A stretch of 64,000 bases of DNA, from NCBI GenBank assembly GCA_000165425.1, contig CT868496.1, forward strand, positions 248,001-312,000. The letters are read 5' to 3'. Position numbers and translations under genes: made by a program. Of the stretch, positions 1 through 12,304 are shown in pieces. Source of the DNA: Paramecium tetraurelia (taxonomy: Eukaryota). How positions within the stretch are numbered: position 1 is the stretch's first letter; each line of letters opens with the position of its first letter. A model generated the notes under the pieces. That model saw nothing but the letters and a program-made list of their open reading frames with translations. It had not been told where the DNA came from and searched no databases.

Positions 1-1596
1 GAATATAACCAATGGCATCAATACTACAGGCAGAAATCCAGCAGCTGCTTTAAGATCACTAAACATACATCCAGTCATCAGACCTAAATTAATAGTTATT
101 AAATTATACCAAAACTATTTCCACTCAAACCAAGCATGATACAAATAATGATGTTTATCACTACTATGTCTCCGGTCTTGTAATTCAAATCAACCATCCA
201 ATAACAAATAAGCTACTGAATGATAGGGAACACAAATAGAAATGGAATTTCCACTGAACTTTTGCCAGTAAAATATGCTGCAGTAGAGTACAACTTTGAA
301 TTTTCTTCTCTTAAAAACACTTCTCTTTCAGCTGGAAATTGTACCATTACAGGATTTAGAGCTCCCATAAAACTACTCATCACCAAAAAGAATAAAACTC
401 CTATTGTACTCTAAATTCCTTTGTATCCAGGTTCGCTTCCTGCTGTCCAAAATATACCTCCAATCAGTAGACCGATGAAAATAGTCATTACTAATCTACC
501 TCTCACTAACACCTTATCTCTCTTCACATTAATCATTCCTCTTCTAAAGATTTCCTTAACTTAGAATCCAAATGATGTTTGAATTGACTATCTTGATATC
601 TACTAGACTTAAATAGCGTTGATTTCATTTTCAATCTACTAGACAAAATTTGAACCATATCCTGAAAATAGAGTCTGATAATGTGGATGATTTGAATCAT
701 CATGGTGCATTATACTCATTAAGTAATCTAGTGGATTGGAATGAGCTGGACACTCAAACCCTAAGCTTTTGAAGTAGTTAACCATCTCATCTCTTTTGCC
801 TTAATATATGAATTTGCCTTAAACTAAAAGCATCACTTGATCAAATAACATATAAATATCTGCACTTGGTTAATGAATTGTAAACACTATTGTTCTTCCT
901 GAAGTATGAGCCAATTTTCGAAGCAGATTTCTAGATATTAAATCAAAATACATAATGACAAAAGCAGTAAATGAATCCAATCCTGAAGTAGGTTCATCCA
1001 ATAAAATGCAAAATGGGTCACTTACTAATTCAACTCCAATTGATGTTCTTTTTCTTTCTCCACCAGATATTCCCTTAATCATAGCATTACCAATCTATTC
1101 AAATAATATAAGTAATTACTAATGTATGTTGACATTTTTCTAATTTCAATGTCTTTAATGCATAATCCACTTTATCAATCTTTTATTAAGGATCAGCATA
1201 CTTTAAATTCGCTACAAATTCTAAAGTCTCTCGTACAGTCAAAGTTCCAAAAAGTACGTCATTCTGCATAACGTAAGATGAAAATTGAGAAAATTTATCA
1301 CTATTATAGGGCTACCCATTTGCATTAATTGCTCCCTACAATGTCACATTCCCTCCAGGAGTTATCCTTTTGGCTAAAATGTTGAGTAATGATGTTTTTC
1401 CTGCTCCTGAAGCTCCAAGAATTGCAGTAACCTAACCTGGTTTACAGATTCCGGAAATGTTATTCAGGATCAATTTGTTCTCAACAACATTCTAAGGATT
1501 CTTAACGTTGACCTAGTATGTTAAATTTTAGAAGCTGATCGTCACACTATTTGTTGACTCTTTATTTTGAAAAGGTACGATTTCAGTTCCTTTCAT
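1..1596 (-). CDS. ABCG (White-family) half transporter, 3' end outside the window
   Basis: Code-6 reading from ATG 1596 ([10 protein letters not shown]...). Walker A GASGAGKT, signature ISGGERKR, Walker [12 protein letters not shown] and TIHQP, followed by a TMD with [14 protein letters not shown]. Introns at 1095-1119, 931-951 and ~84-109. Confidence 0.93.
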
Positions 1597-1742
1597 GTTA
1601 TAATTTTTAATAATAAATTTTAGAAGTCTTAATTTCCAAAATTTATTCCACAAATTAAATATCATGAGAATTCTTTATTATGAATTCTGATGAAATGAAG
1701 AATTTAATTTTATATCAAACTTTCACACATATTAATTGTAAC

Positions 1743-3569
1743 TCATTACTACTTTGATTTTCCCAAATATAAAAATATTAGTGATAAAAATCGAAAAAGT
1801 ATTGGGAATGTGATCAAAACATAAATGCTATTCCATAATCCGAAATCCAAAGAGAATTTTTCTATTGGATTCAAATCTTCTATTTTTATTCCTGAAAATT
1901 CATCTCTTCTGGTATCATACTCATCATATATTAGTGCTTCAAATGCATACTTCAATGGACTTAAATATTACACCCAACTTATCCAATTCATAAATAAGGA
2001 TTAATTGGCAAAAAAGCCAGAGAAGGCTATAAGCGGCATCAAAACCATAGGAATAATTCCAGATGCATTCTTAGAATCCTATAACATAGATCCAACCATT
2101 AACCCTATGTTTATTATTTTAAATTACCCATGCTATTTCCAGTTATACCTAACAATATACACACAAAAATATGGATTACAACGGTACTGGCAGATTAGTC
2201 ATTTAGGCCTATCATCCAATAACCAATCAGCTACTAGATAATTGGAAATAGTATCAAGAACGGTATTTCTATGGAACTCTTTCCAACAAAATATGCAAAT
2301 GTTGAATAAAGCTTTGAATTTTCTTCTCTTAAAAATACATCTCTTTCTGCTGGGAATTGAATAATAACAGCATTCAATGCTTACATAAAATTACTTATAA
2401 CAAGAAAGAATAGCCCTCCTGTTGTACTTTAAGTACCCTTAAACCCAGGCTTATTTGCAGCATCCCAAAATATACCTCCAATCAATAATCCAAGGAATAC
2501 TGAAATTATTATTCTACCTTTTACTAAAACTCTATCTCTTTTTACGTTTATAATACCACGTTTGAAGATCTGAGTCACTTGTTATTTTAAACTAGCTTAA
2601 TATAATTCTTTTTGGATTTAAGTAGGTTAAATTCTTGATAATTGTGATTCAATAATAGGTAATATTTAATTCTCATATTCTCTAAATAAATCTTAAAGGT
2701 CTAATGATTCATCTTAATCATTCTACATTATTGATATAAAGTGGTCCAAAGGATTGGCATGTTTTGGGCAATCAAATCCGATGGACTAAAAATATTCAAT
2801 CATTCTATCTCTTTAACCTTGATAAACAAATTTTCCTTTTGCAAGCAAAAATATTTGATCAAATAATAAATAAATATCAGAACTTGGTTGATGTATAGTG
2901 AAGATTATTGTTCGTTTAGAAACTACTGATAACTATTTTAAAAGATTTCTAGATATTAAATCAAAATACATAATGACAAAAGCAGTAAATGAATCCAATC
3001 CTGAAGTAGGTTCGTCTAATAAAATGCATTATGGCTCTCTCACTAATTCAACTCCAATTGATGTTCTTTTTCTTTCTCCTCCCGATATTCCCTTTATCAT
3101 TTCATTACCGATCTATTCAAATAATATAAGTAATTACTAACGTATGTTGACATTTTTCTAATTTCAATGCCTAAATTACTTAATAAACTTTTTAATTTTT
3201 CTCATTCTCATCAGTATATTTCAGAGTTGCAACAAACTCTAAAGTCTCTTTGACTGTTAAAGTGCCAAAAAGGATATCGTTTTACATAACATAGCCAGAA
3301 AATCTAGCAAATTTTTCAGCATCGTAATTATTACCATTTGCCAATATATCTCCGCTTATTTCAACATTGCTTTTAGTAGAAATTCTTTTCGCTAAAATAT
3401 TAAGTAGAGAAGTTTTTCCTGCTCCTGATGCTCCAAGGATTGCAGTCACTTTACCAGCAGGACAAATTCCAGAGATATTATTTAGGATCATTCTTCTTTA
3501 AGATTTACTAGTTTTTGTTTGATTTACTATGTAATTAAGGTTTTGGAAGGTCAATGTTAAGCCATTCAT
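1743..3569 (-). CDS. ABCG half transporter, tandem paralog
   Basis: ATG 3569 ([13 protein letters not shown]). [27 protein letters not shown] with [10 protein letters not shown], ending GKSKQQ-TGA at 1743-1745. Introns at 3113-3137, 2949-2969 and one near 2105-2130. Confidence 0.93.
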
Positions 3570-4299
3570 TTTGTAGAGTTGGGATTATTATAAGTTTTAT
3601 TAATGACAGATAAATAATATTACAGTTTTATAAATCTTGAGTTCTAATTTACAATGAGTTTATATGATACTTTTCAATAAACTCCCAAAACATTATAATA
3701 AATTCAGTTGAAAAATGAAATTTTCAAAATAATAAAATAAATGTATCTATTACAATTATCAAGGTTGTGCTCTTTTGGGCCACTCTTTTAGATATTAAAT
3801 TTTCTTTTTTGTATTATAAATCTAAGATTTTCAATATTTGGATCACCTCTCTTTTTTTGAATAAGGTTACCCAGAAAAACATAAACAATTTCATATTTCC
3901 TAAAAATACATAATTAATTTATCCATTGTTTAAAATGCACCTTTAAAAATAATATTACTAAAATAATTAGTTAAGACTTTAATCAAATCTGCAGTTTTAA
4001 TTTTGTTTGTCTTTTTAAAACATAGTTTTTGCCTTTAATCATTTCAGAAGATTATTATCAATAGAAATTATTTTAATTTAAAGTCTTTATATGTCTTATT
4101 TTTTTAATATTTTTACCCAGATAATATGTATAGACATTAATTCTTATTGTATTACTGATCATGATTTGATTTATCCACGTGTATGTATATATATAATTAG
4201 TTATCTATATTAATCGAATAAAGTATTATAAAGGCAGAAATAAAATTTTGATTTAATACCCTTTATTTCATTCTTAAATTAATTCCTAAATTTAATTCT

Positions 4300-4890
4300 C
4301 CTTATTTTGTATTCAAGGTGGTGAGTTGTCACAATTAAATTATATTATTACAATCGATCATCTAAGTAATTACAATTACCAATTCAGTATTGATATTAGA
4401 TTTTAATATTTGATAATATGAATCAATATTAGCAAATCTTTTCTCATTCAAGAATGAATTTATTGTTGATTATATTACAAGGATAAACATATCAAATTTC
4501 TCTGGTCACTCTTCCAAAATATCTCTTTGAAGCTTGATTAATTAGTAATTCACAATTAAAAATGCCTGTAGAATTATTATAATCATTTCATTGACAATGC
4601 CTAATTTAGATAAGGTATTATATTTATATAATAGTTCATAACATGATTTCTTTAATTGCTAGTATTTTAGGTTCTATGTAATTTCTTAAGAAATCTACAT
4701 ATCTTTCTACTTGTATTCTAAAACTGCATAATAATATGCTCATATATTTACTAATATCGTCTCTCTCTTATTTTCAATATGGTTAATCTCTTAGATGACT
4801 TATACATTGATCATATAATAGATATATAAATTTTGTCATTTTAATAATTCTTTCCCTTCTGCTGCTCTATGTTTACCTATTTTAATCATA
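4300..4890 (-). pseudogene. Possible decayed gene relic
   Basis: Coding-like composition, but all three minus frames checked near 4740-4890 hit TGA within short distances and no clean small introns restore a frame. Confidence 0.25.
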
Positions 4891-5026
4891 ATATTAATAA
4901 TAGAGATTGCCTGATTAATCAGTTCCTACAAGTTATCATTATGATTTTTGATTATCATAAATCCTTCGAAATTATTCAAGAGAAGTCACAATTTTAAGAA
5001 TCATATATATTATTTATATTTATTAA

Positions 5027-5275
5027 TCAATAGGCTGCGTGCATTGATTACTACATGTTGCTGAATTAAGTTAATTCTGATTTATCAACTTTAAGGAGAG
5101 TTTGAATCTTTTTTTCAAAGACACTAACAACCACAATAGAAGCGACAAAAATTGCAACATCTAGAAATTGCTTCTTCCTCTTCTCTCTTTCTGCTTTATT
5201 TGTTGGGTATATTGACTTTTTAAGTTTTTCCCAAGTTGATCCGGATGAGCCACTTCTTGGTTTTCCAAAATTCAT
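5027..5275 (-). CDS. Small (82 aa) single-pass membrane protein
   Basis: Intronless code-6 ORF MNFGKPRS...KKQFLDVAIFVASIVVVSVFEKK...MHAAY-TGA. Basic region followed by one hydrophobic helix. Confidence 0.75.
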
Positions 5276-5895
5276 TTTATATTTTTATTTATGGTATATT
5301 TTTTTAAATATATATGATCAACAAATGCTATATAAATTGCTAGATCATTCTTGATTTCAATATTCTAAGTTTTTTAATAGTGAATATGCAAAATCCTGAT
5401 CTAAATTTAATTAGATTAATCAAATATTACAATCGTAGGTTTAAATAATATTTCGAAAAGCATTAATAAATACATAGATACTAAAGAGTTTGCCTTATAG
5501 AAAGTATTGCAAAATTATTAAATTAAAATGCATTTAATAATTTCAATCTCTCTTAAAATATTAAATTTTATTTAACCATCTATTATACAATAAATTCATC
5601 AAGTTTTAATTGACGATTGTTCATTACTGCAAATGGACACACTTCCTAATAGTTACTTTGAATAATATAAAGTATTCCACTCATCCAATAGTTCCCTTAT
5701 GGAATCAATTATTAGTATAAATTAATGAAACTTAATTTATAAAAATTGTATTTTCATAATATTCTATAATGTTCAAATCAGATATTCTCAATTTACATAT
5801 GATTCCTAAATATAAATACTCACAACAATTATTAATATTTAGTTAGTTAATCATTAAAATGAAAAATTGAATTAATAAAGTTTATTTTTATAAAT

Positions 5896-8359
5896 ATGTT
5901 TAGACCAACTGAAATACATCTGTATAAATTGTATGTTGAAAGAGAATAAGCTTTCCATTTTCTTACTAAAGTAGGACAAATGAATAATGTTAATTTAGTT
6001 AATTGTTCAAACCATGCATTTCATGAACATGATTATTACAAATAATTAAAGCGATGCGATGATATTTATAATAAAATAAGCGAGGTCAAAAACCTTTTAA
6101 TCTTATATAACAAACCGATACATTATTGTCCAAACATTAAATCTTTTATTTAATACCTTCAAATTACTGAAGATTAGGTAATAAAAATCGAATAAGAACT
6201 AACACATAAAGTTCAATTTATTATGAATCAATAGACAAATCTGCAGTAGATTGTTGAATAAAGAAACAGATTAGAAGAAGAGATGTAAATATCAAATTAA
6301 ATTTAAGTGCAGTAATATAGCATTGTAAAGAATTCATATACAAATTTTCAGGGGTTTAATTAGGATATATTGTAGGATGTATGAATGCTGCAGATTAACA
6401 CAAATTTAATCGAATTGTGTTTAGAATCTCAAAAGAAAATGGAATTGTAAAATTCAAGGATTTCAACAATGAAAAGATTATCTTTACGTTGGTTTTTACT
6501 AAAGGTAAACATGAAAATTTAAAAACTAAATTACTTAAAATATGTGAAGTACATCAATAAAAATATCAATTTAGGCTTTTAATGTATCTATATTTTAATT
6601 ACCTGAAGAGATTTAAATTGAAACTAAAATAAATGAATTAGAAAACGAGTTAACTAATTTGAGCATAGTCATAACATCAACTAAGCTGGAAATTGAAGAA
6701 CAACTAGATTTTTTTTCTGATATTTCAGCGGAAAGACCGTTAGAGTTGGATGAAATCTATTTTATTGGCTATTGTTCATACATTTGTGAATTGAAGATCA
6801 TAGTAGATTTGGTAAGTGCTACTTATTATCATCTCACATTTTTTGAAGCAAAATCTCAATTTTTAATAGGTCAAATGTGGTGTGAACCAAATTAGATTGA
6901 ATTAATCAAATAAATTGGGGTTCAAATTGAAATTATGCAAGACATCAATGAAAAATTATATGAACCACCAAGTCTATTGAAAACAAATTAATTTACTTAT
7001 ATCTTTCAAGAATTAGTAAATACTTATGGGATTCCAAGATACCATGAAATAAATCCTGGTCTTTTCACTATAATCACGTTTCCATTTTTATTTGGTATGA
7101 TGTTTGGAGACATAGGACATGGAGTAAAATATATTCTATATAAAGATAGTCTTGACATTCTTTGGTTTCTATTTATTAATGTTTGGTAAGGGTGTTATCA
7201 AAAGTATAAAATTAGAAAATAGCAGTGAATATCTATCATATGCAGACTTTTAGAGTTTATATGAATGCAGATATCTCATAACTTTAATGGGAATGTTTGC
7301 TACATATTGTGGTTTTATTTATAACGATTTCTTTTCGATATCTTTGGAATATAAACTCGAAAAGTTTTAGTTGGGTTTTGATGGTAAATGGAGTATGTCT
7401 GAGTCTCACCTTACAGTGATGAATTCATTTAAGATGAAAACTGCAATAATCGTTGGAGTGATTCAGATGGTTTTTGGTATCCTTCTGAAAGGTTGGAATT
7501 GTTTAAATTAAAGAAAATTTATTGATTTCATCTTTAACTTTATACCTGAACTGGCTTTTATGTTATCTACATTTGGATACATGTCATTTTTAATAATACT
7601 TAAATGGCTGACTAACTACAGTAATAATATGGAACCACCTTCAATTATTACAACTCTGCTTAATATGGTCTTTACATAAGGAGGAATAACAGGAGCTGAA
7701 ATGTATCCTCATTAAGTTTACTTTTAAACTATATTAATCCGTATAGCTATATGTTCTCCAATAATTATGTTACTTAAACCAGAAGTAATTAGAATAAAGA
7801 GGTCGCTTTTTAATAGTGGAAATTAATAAATGGTATATGACGATTTAGTAGAATTAGAACATGCACAAGTAGAAGTCATAAAAGAAGAGAAAAATCAAAT
7901 GTTTGGCAATTTAGTAGGAAGTAGAGCCATTAAGGAAGAGAAACATTTCGATTTTGCAGAGATTTATATTGAAAGTTTAATTGAATGCATAGAATTTGTA
8001 TTGGGAGCTGTGTCAAATACAGCTTCATATTTGAGATTGTGGGCACTTAGTTTGGCACATTCTCAATTATCTGAAGTATACAATTTTAATTTAACTATTA
8101 GGTCTTCTTCAAAATGTCCTTAGAACCACAATTAGAAAGCGGATCTGTTATTGGAATATGTTTAACTTTTATGGTTTATGCTTTGGCAACTTTTGGAGTT
8201 CTTATGTGTATGGATACTCTAGAGTGTTTTTTACATTCATTGAGACTACATTGGGTTGAATTTTAGAGTAAATTCTATAAAGGAGACGGTCATAATTTCT
8301 AACAATTTAATTATCTTCACTTTTTGGAATAGAAATTTTAATTTAGTACAAGGATGTGA
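5896..8359 (+). CDS. V-type H+-ATPase V0 subunit a (divergent isoform)
   Basis: MFRPTE start. Motifs [42 protein letters not shown] and [20 protein letters not shown]. Several small introns (e.g. 8077-8102). TGA at 8357-8359. Confidence 0.95.
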
Positions 8360-8722
8360 ATGAAATTAATATTAAAATCAAAAATTCATCTCACTTTATC
8401 ATTATTTCAATAAGGCAAAATAATTAAATTATGTATATCAATCATTAGTTGTTGTTGAAAGTACAAATTATTTATTTTAATTATTTTTCATAAAAGTAAT
8501 AATGACATACATGAAAATACACTGTTTATTTAATATGTAAATATAAATGGTTATAATCTAACATTCTCAATTCTTAAAATGTAATCGAACAGTCTATATC
8601 TGAGGAATGTTCTGAAATGACAAAGAGGAGAGGCTATAATAATAAAAAATTAGTTTATATTTATTTTAAAATTGAGTACAGTAATTAATATTAATCAGGA
8701 TTATAAAATTAATTTATAGGAA

Positions 8723-10168
8723 ATGTTATCTTTTGAAGCCAAACTGTCTAAATTAAATTGTAATATACATGGTTTAGAGATATTGTATGTGAATATTGGT
8801 TAAAATGCAACAAATAAGAGAGCATTATGTAAATAATGCAGATGCAATGATATATAATTACATAGAAATTATCTTAACGAAGTTCTGCAGGAATACATTG
8901 AGAAAAGAAGGAAAGATGCAATAAAGTTAATATAATAACTTTAGTTTGACTTCAATAGAAAATATGAATAAATTATGGGTCTACTAGACAAGATCAAAGA
9001 GATGTTTGACAGTAAATTAAAAGAGTTTACAGAGAAGGAATATTTGAGTGAATTTTAAGAGAGATTCTTTGGATGGGGTAATTTGACTTTGAAGGATGTA
9101 GAAGACTTAGGAATAATGTTATCGAAGGATGTTGAGTTTGTTGAAGATTAAGTATCAATAAAAGAAATCGAGTTCAAAAGTGAGGATTTGGAGGAATATG
9201 TGGATGTTTTGTCTAATGTTTTGGATGATTTAGAAGAGTTAAATATAAATTAGGAGAAGCTTGTAAAATTGGATATGACTTTGCCAAAATATGAGAGGGA
9301 AATATCGCAATTAGACATATCAAAGGATGAGGATATGGCTGCAGTAGTGACCTTGAATTCAGATATTGATATATGGAATTTATAAACGATGAAGAAGACA
9401 GTCTTAAAAGGACATGATGACATAGTTAATACAATAGTATTTAGTAAATACAGCAACAGTTTGATTACTGGAGGGAGAGAAGGCACAATAAAGGTTTGGA
9501 AGTGTGAAGGCAAATGGATAATACATGACATTCTGATAGGACATGATGATTGGATTACTGCATTAGCAATTGGGAATTAGGATTAGTTAATAGCTTCTGC
9601 TAGCAATTAGGAAATATTAATTTGGTCATATAAATAGGATCATTATGCCAAGGTTCAGAAGTTGTTAGGACACACTGATTCTATTTATTCATTGGGATTT
9701 CTTAGTTAATAGGAGTATCTAATATCAGGTAGTTTTGATAAGACTGTGAGATTGTGGGAGGGGAAGGACAAACAGTAGTGGAATTTCAAACAATAATTCT
9801 ATTATCATTCCGATAAGGTGCAATCAATAGCTTGTTCTAATAACAAATTGTTTGGTTCATGCAGTTGGGATTAGTCAATTAGATTGTATGATCAGATGAC
9901 AGATGATTCTTATGATTGCATACAAGTGTTGTATGGTCATCAAGGGAAGGTATATTAAATACAATTCAATGACGATTCTAAGATTTTGTATTCTTGTAGT
10001 CATGATAATACAATCAAATTGTGGAGCCAATTGTAAACCAATTTTTGGGAGTGTTTCCACGAGATTAAACAGGATTTCCACATTAAATTTATTGGAATTA
10101 GACAACATCGTTTGATTTCATCGAATTATTATGAGATTTATGTTTATAAATAAGAATAAATCAATTGA
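8723..10168 (+). CDS. WD40-repeat protein with N-terminal Cys/His motif and coiled coil
   Basis: N-terminal CNIH..CKQC. Repeats GHDDIVNTIVFS..GGREGTIKVWK, GHDDWITAL and GHTDSIYSL..SGSFDKTVRLW. TGA at 10166-10168. The start codon is the best guess. Confidence 0.85.
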
Positions 10169-10177
10169 TTAAATATA

Positions 10178-10630
10178 ATGTAAGGACTTCTGAGGACAGC
10201 AGCTGAAGAAATGCTTTCTAAAGCAATTCGAACCTATACTTTTAATGATTTGATTGTTATTGGTCGACATCCATATAAAAGCTTACCTGAAATGTTAGCA
10301 TAATACCCAAACAATGGAGTAGGATTCAAAGTGTGGAGAAAGACTTGGCCAGAAAACAAGTATATAATTATTACTGAGGCACATTTCAAGGTAATGGATT
10401 TAATTACAAAATTTAAGGGATTGAGAAATGGCAAGTTTTTTGGGATCTAATATTACAATGGCAGACCACTTACACCACAACCAATAAAAATTAGAAACTG
10501 TAGTAAGAGAGGAACCTGGAAATATGATACAAATAATACTTCAGGAGTATCTGCAAATGGTGTCTACTTTAGTGCAGAGAATTTGAAAGAATATTCAAAA
10601 TTACATTAAAATAGAGAGCAGAAAGAGTGA
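10178..10630 (+). CDS. MRPS34: Mitochondrial small-subunit ribosomal protein mS34-like
   Basis: SLPEMLAQYPNNGVGFKVWRKTWPENKYIIIT...NGKFFGIQYYNG...KIRNCSKRGTW fits the mS34 pattern as I recall it. Probable intron at 10391-10417. Confidence 0.72.
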
Positions 10631-10744
10631 TATTACATTTGTTACATAATATTAATGAATAATAACATAATAACTAAAGTGGGATAACAACCATTATTAA
10701 ATAATTATAATATTAATTTAAATAAAGAGATTGACAAATTTATT

Positions 10745-12252
10745 TCATTTAAGATCACTGACTCTTCTTGAGTGTGTTCTTGTAGTGGCATTCTTATTAA
10801 CCTTAGTATCCAGAGTAATTACTGAATATTTTGGGAGTATAGAAGTGATCATACTTTTTATAGGGGAAATGCCAATAATTCTGCTTGAATTAGTTTAATT
10901 AAAGATTCTTGTGGAAACCGGGGCAATGTCATCAATCCGATGTCCATGATTAGCTATTTTCCTTAAGATTTCCCTCCTTGTAGTCTAGTAATAAGTTAAG
11001 TAATACAATTAAACGATCTTTCAAGACTTCAGGTCTTAATTTTTGGATTCCCCTATAAGTTGCAGGACATAGCATTTCTTACTTTGCTAATTTACTTAGA
11101 TCTTATGACACATTGACTCCTTTATCAATTTGAACATGACAATTATAACAAACACTGAATTCCATTTCCAAGAATCCTGGATTACCCAACAATTCTTTAT
11201 ATTAAACATATTTTAATTTAGGAAAAATCTTTCTAATTAAAGTAGGTATCAAATAGTTTTAATTTACTTATCTCAATTCTACATCTTATCTTACATCTAA
11301 TTTCTCAGCCATAGTTTTCTTCCTCAGAAGAATTTATTTCTTCTTTGTTATTAATAATTTATCATTATCCCCCATATGATCGAAATTCCAACTCTCAATG
11401 ATGTTCTTTATGTATGTCTTCATCAAATCATTCCGATGAAATAAGGTATCACACATTTCACATTAACTATCTTTAACTATATTTTTATGTTGCTTGAGGA
11501 TCAACTTTTCTTAATCAATAAAGGAGGGGAGACTGAGAGATTTCATATGTACTTATTCCTATGTAGACCACTTTATAAGAACACAATTGATAAGCCAAAT
11601 CTAACCAGAGTTATCTATTTTGATTTCCAATGTCATTCTTATAATCTTGGATTTCCACTTCATTAAATCATTACCATGAGCAGCTATAGCTCCACTAAAA
11701 TGTTCTAATCTCTCTGTCAAAGATTTACTATTAATTTATTGTGCCAAAGTTCCATCTCTCTCATGAGTTAATGCTCGCTAATAAATATCAATCGACTTGT
11801 CATTAAGTAAGAATTTACTCTCAAACTTTTCAAACAATGTTTAATTCTGACTCCATTAAATTATAATAGTGCAATTAAAATAACCCTTTGGATAAACAAA
11901 CCTTTATAAAATCCCATCCTTCTACCCCTGTTGCTAAAAGAACTTAGTCAGACTCTCCTTATTAAAAACTGACAATTCCGTTTTGGTTCTCCAAATGGCC
12001 ACTATCTCTTGATTCAATTCTAGGAAGTATTAACGAATATAATTGTCATCCAATTTCATCCTTGATTTCATTCTCACTTGAGCCTTCTTACTAAAAAACC
12101 ATAATTTAGGAATTGAATTCTCATAAAATATTGTATCTGGAACATTTGCAGATAAGACTATCTTAACTTAAATTCTTACAATAATCGCCAATAGGATTCT
12201 GAAGATGTAAGAAAGACAATAAATTTATGATTGGTTATTCGTGAATTTCCAT
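10745..12252 (-). CDS. Hypothetical protein with CxxC pairs
   Basis: ATG 12252 (MEIHEQPII...NVPDTIFYENSIPKLWFF). Contains CQMC and CYNC pairs and a Ser/Thr/Arg-rich tail ending RVSDLK-TGA. Confidence 0.75.
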
Positions 12253-12304
12253 TTAATTTATTAATATTATTGAAAATGTGAGCAATTATTAAATATACAA
12301 AATT

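Noticed and set aside
220..3140. Plus-strand track ORFs 220-414, 2005-2241 and 2898-3140
   Set aside because: They are antisense to well-supported ABCG genes.
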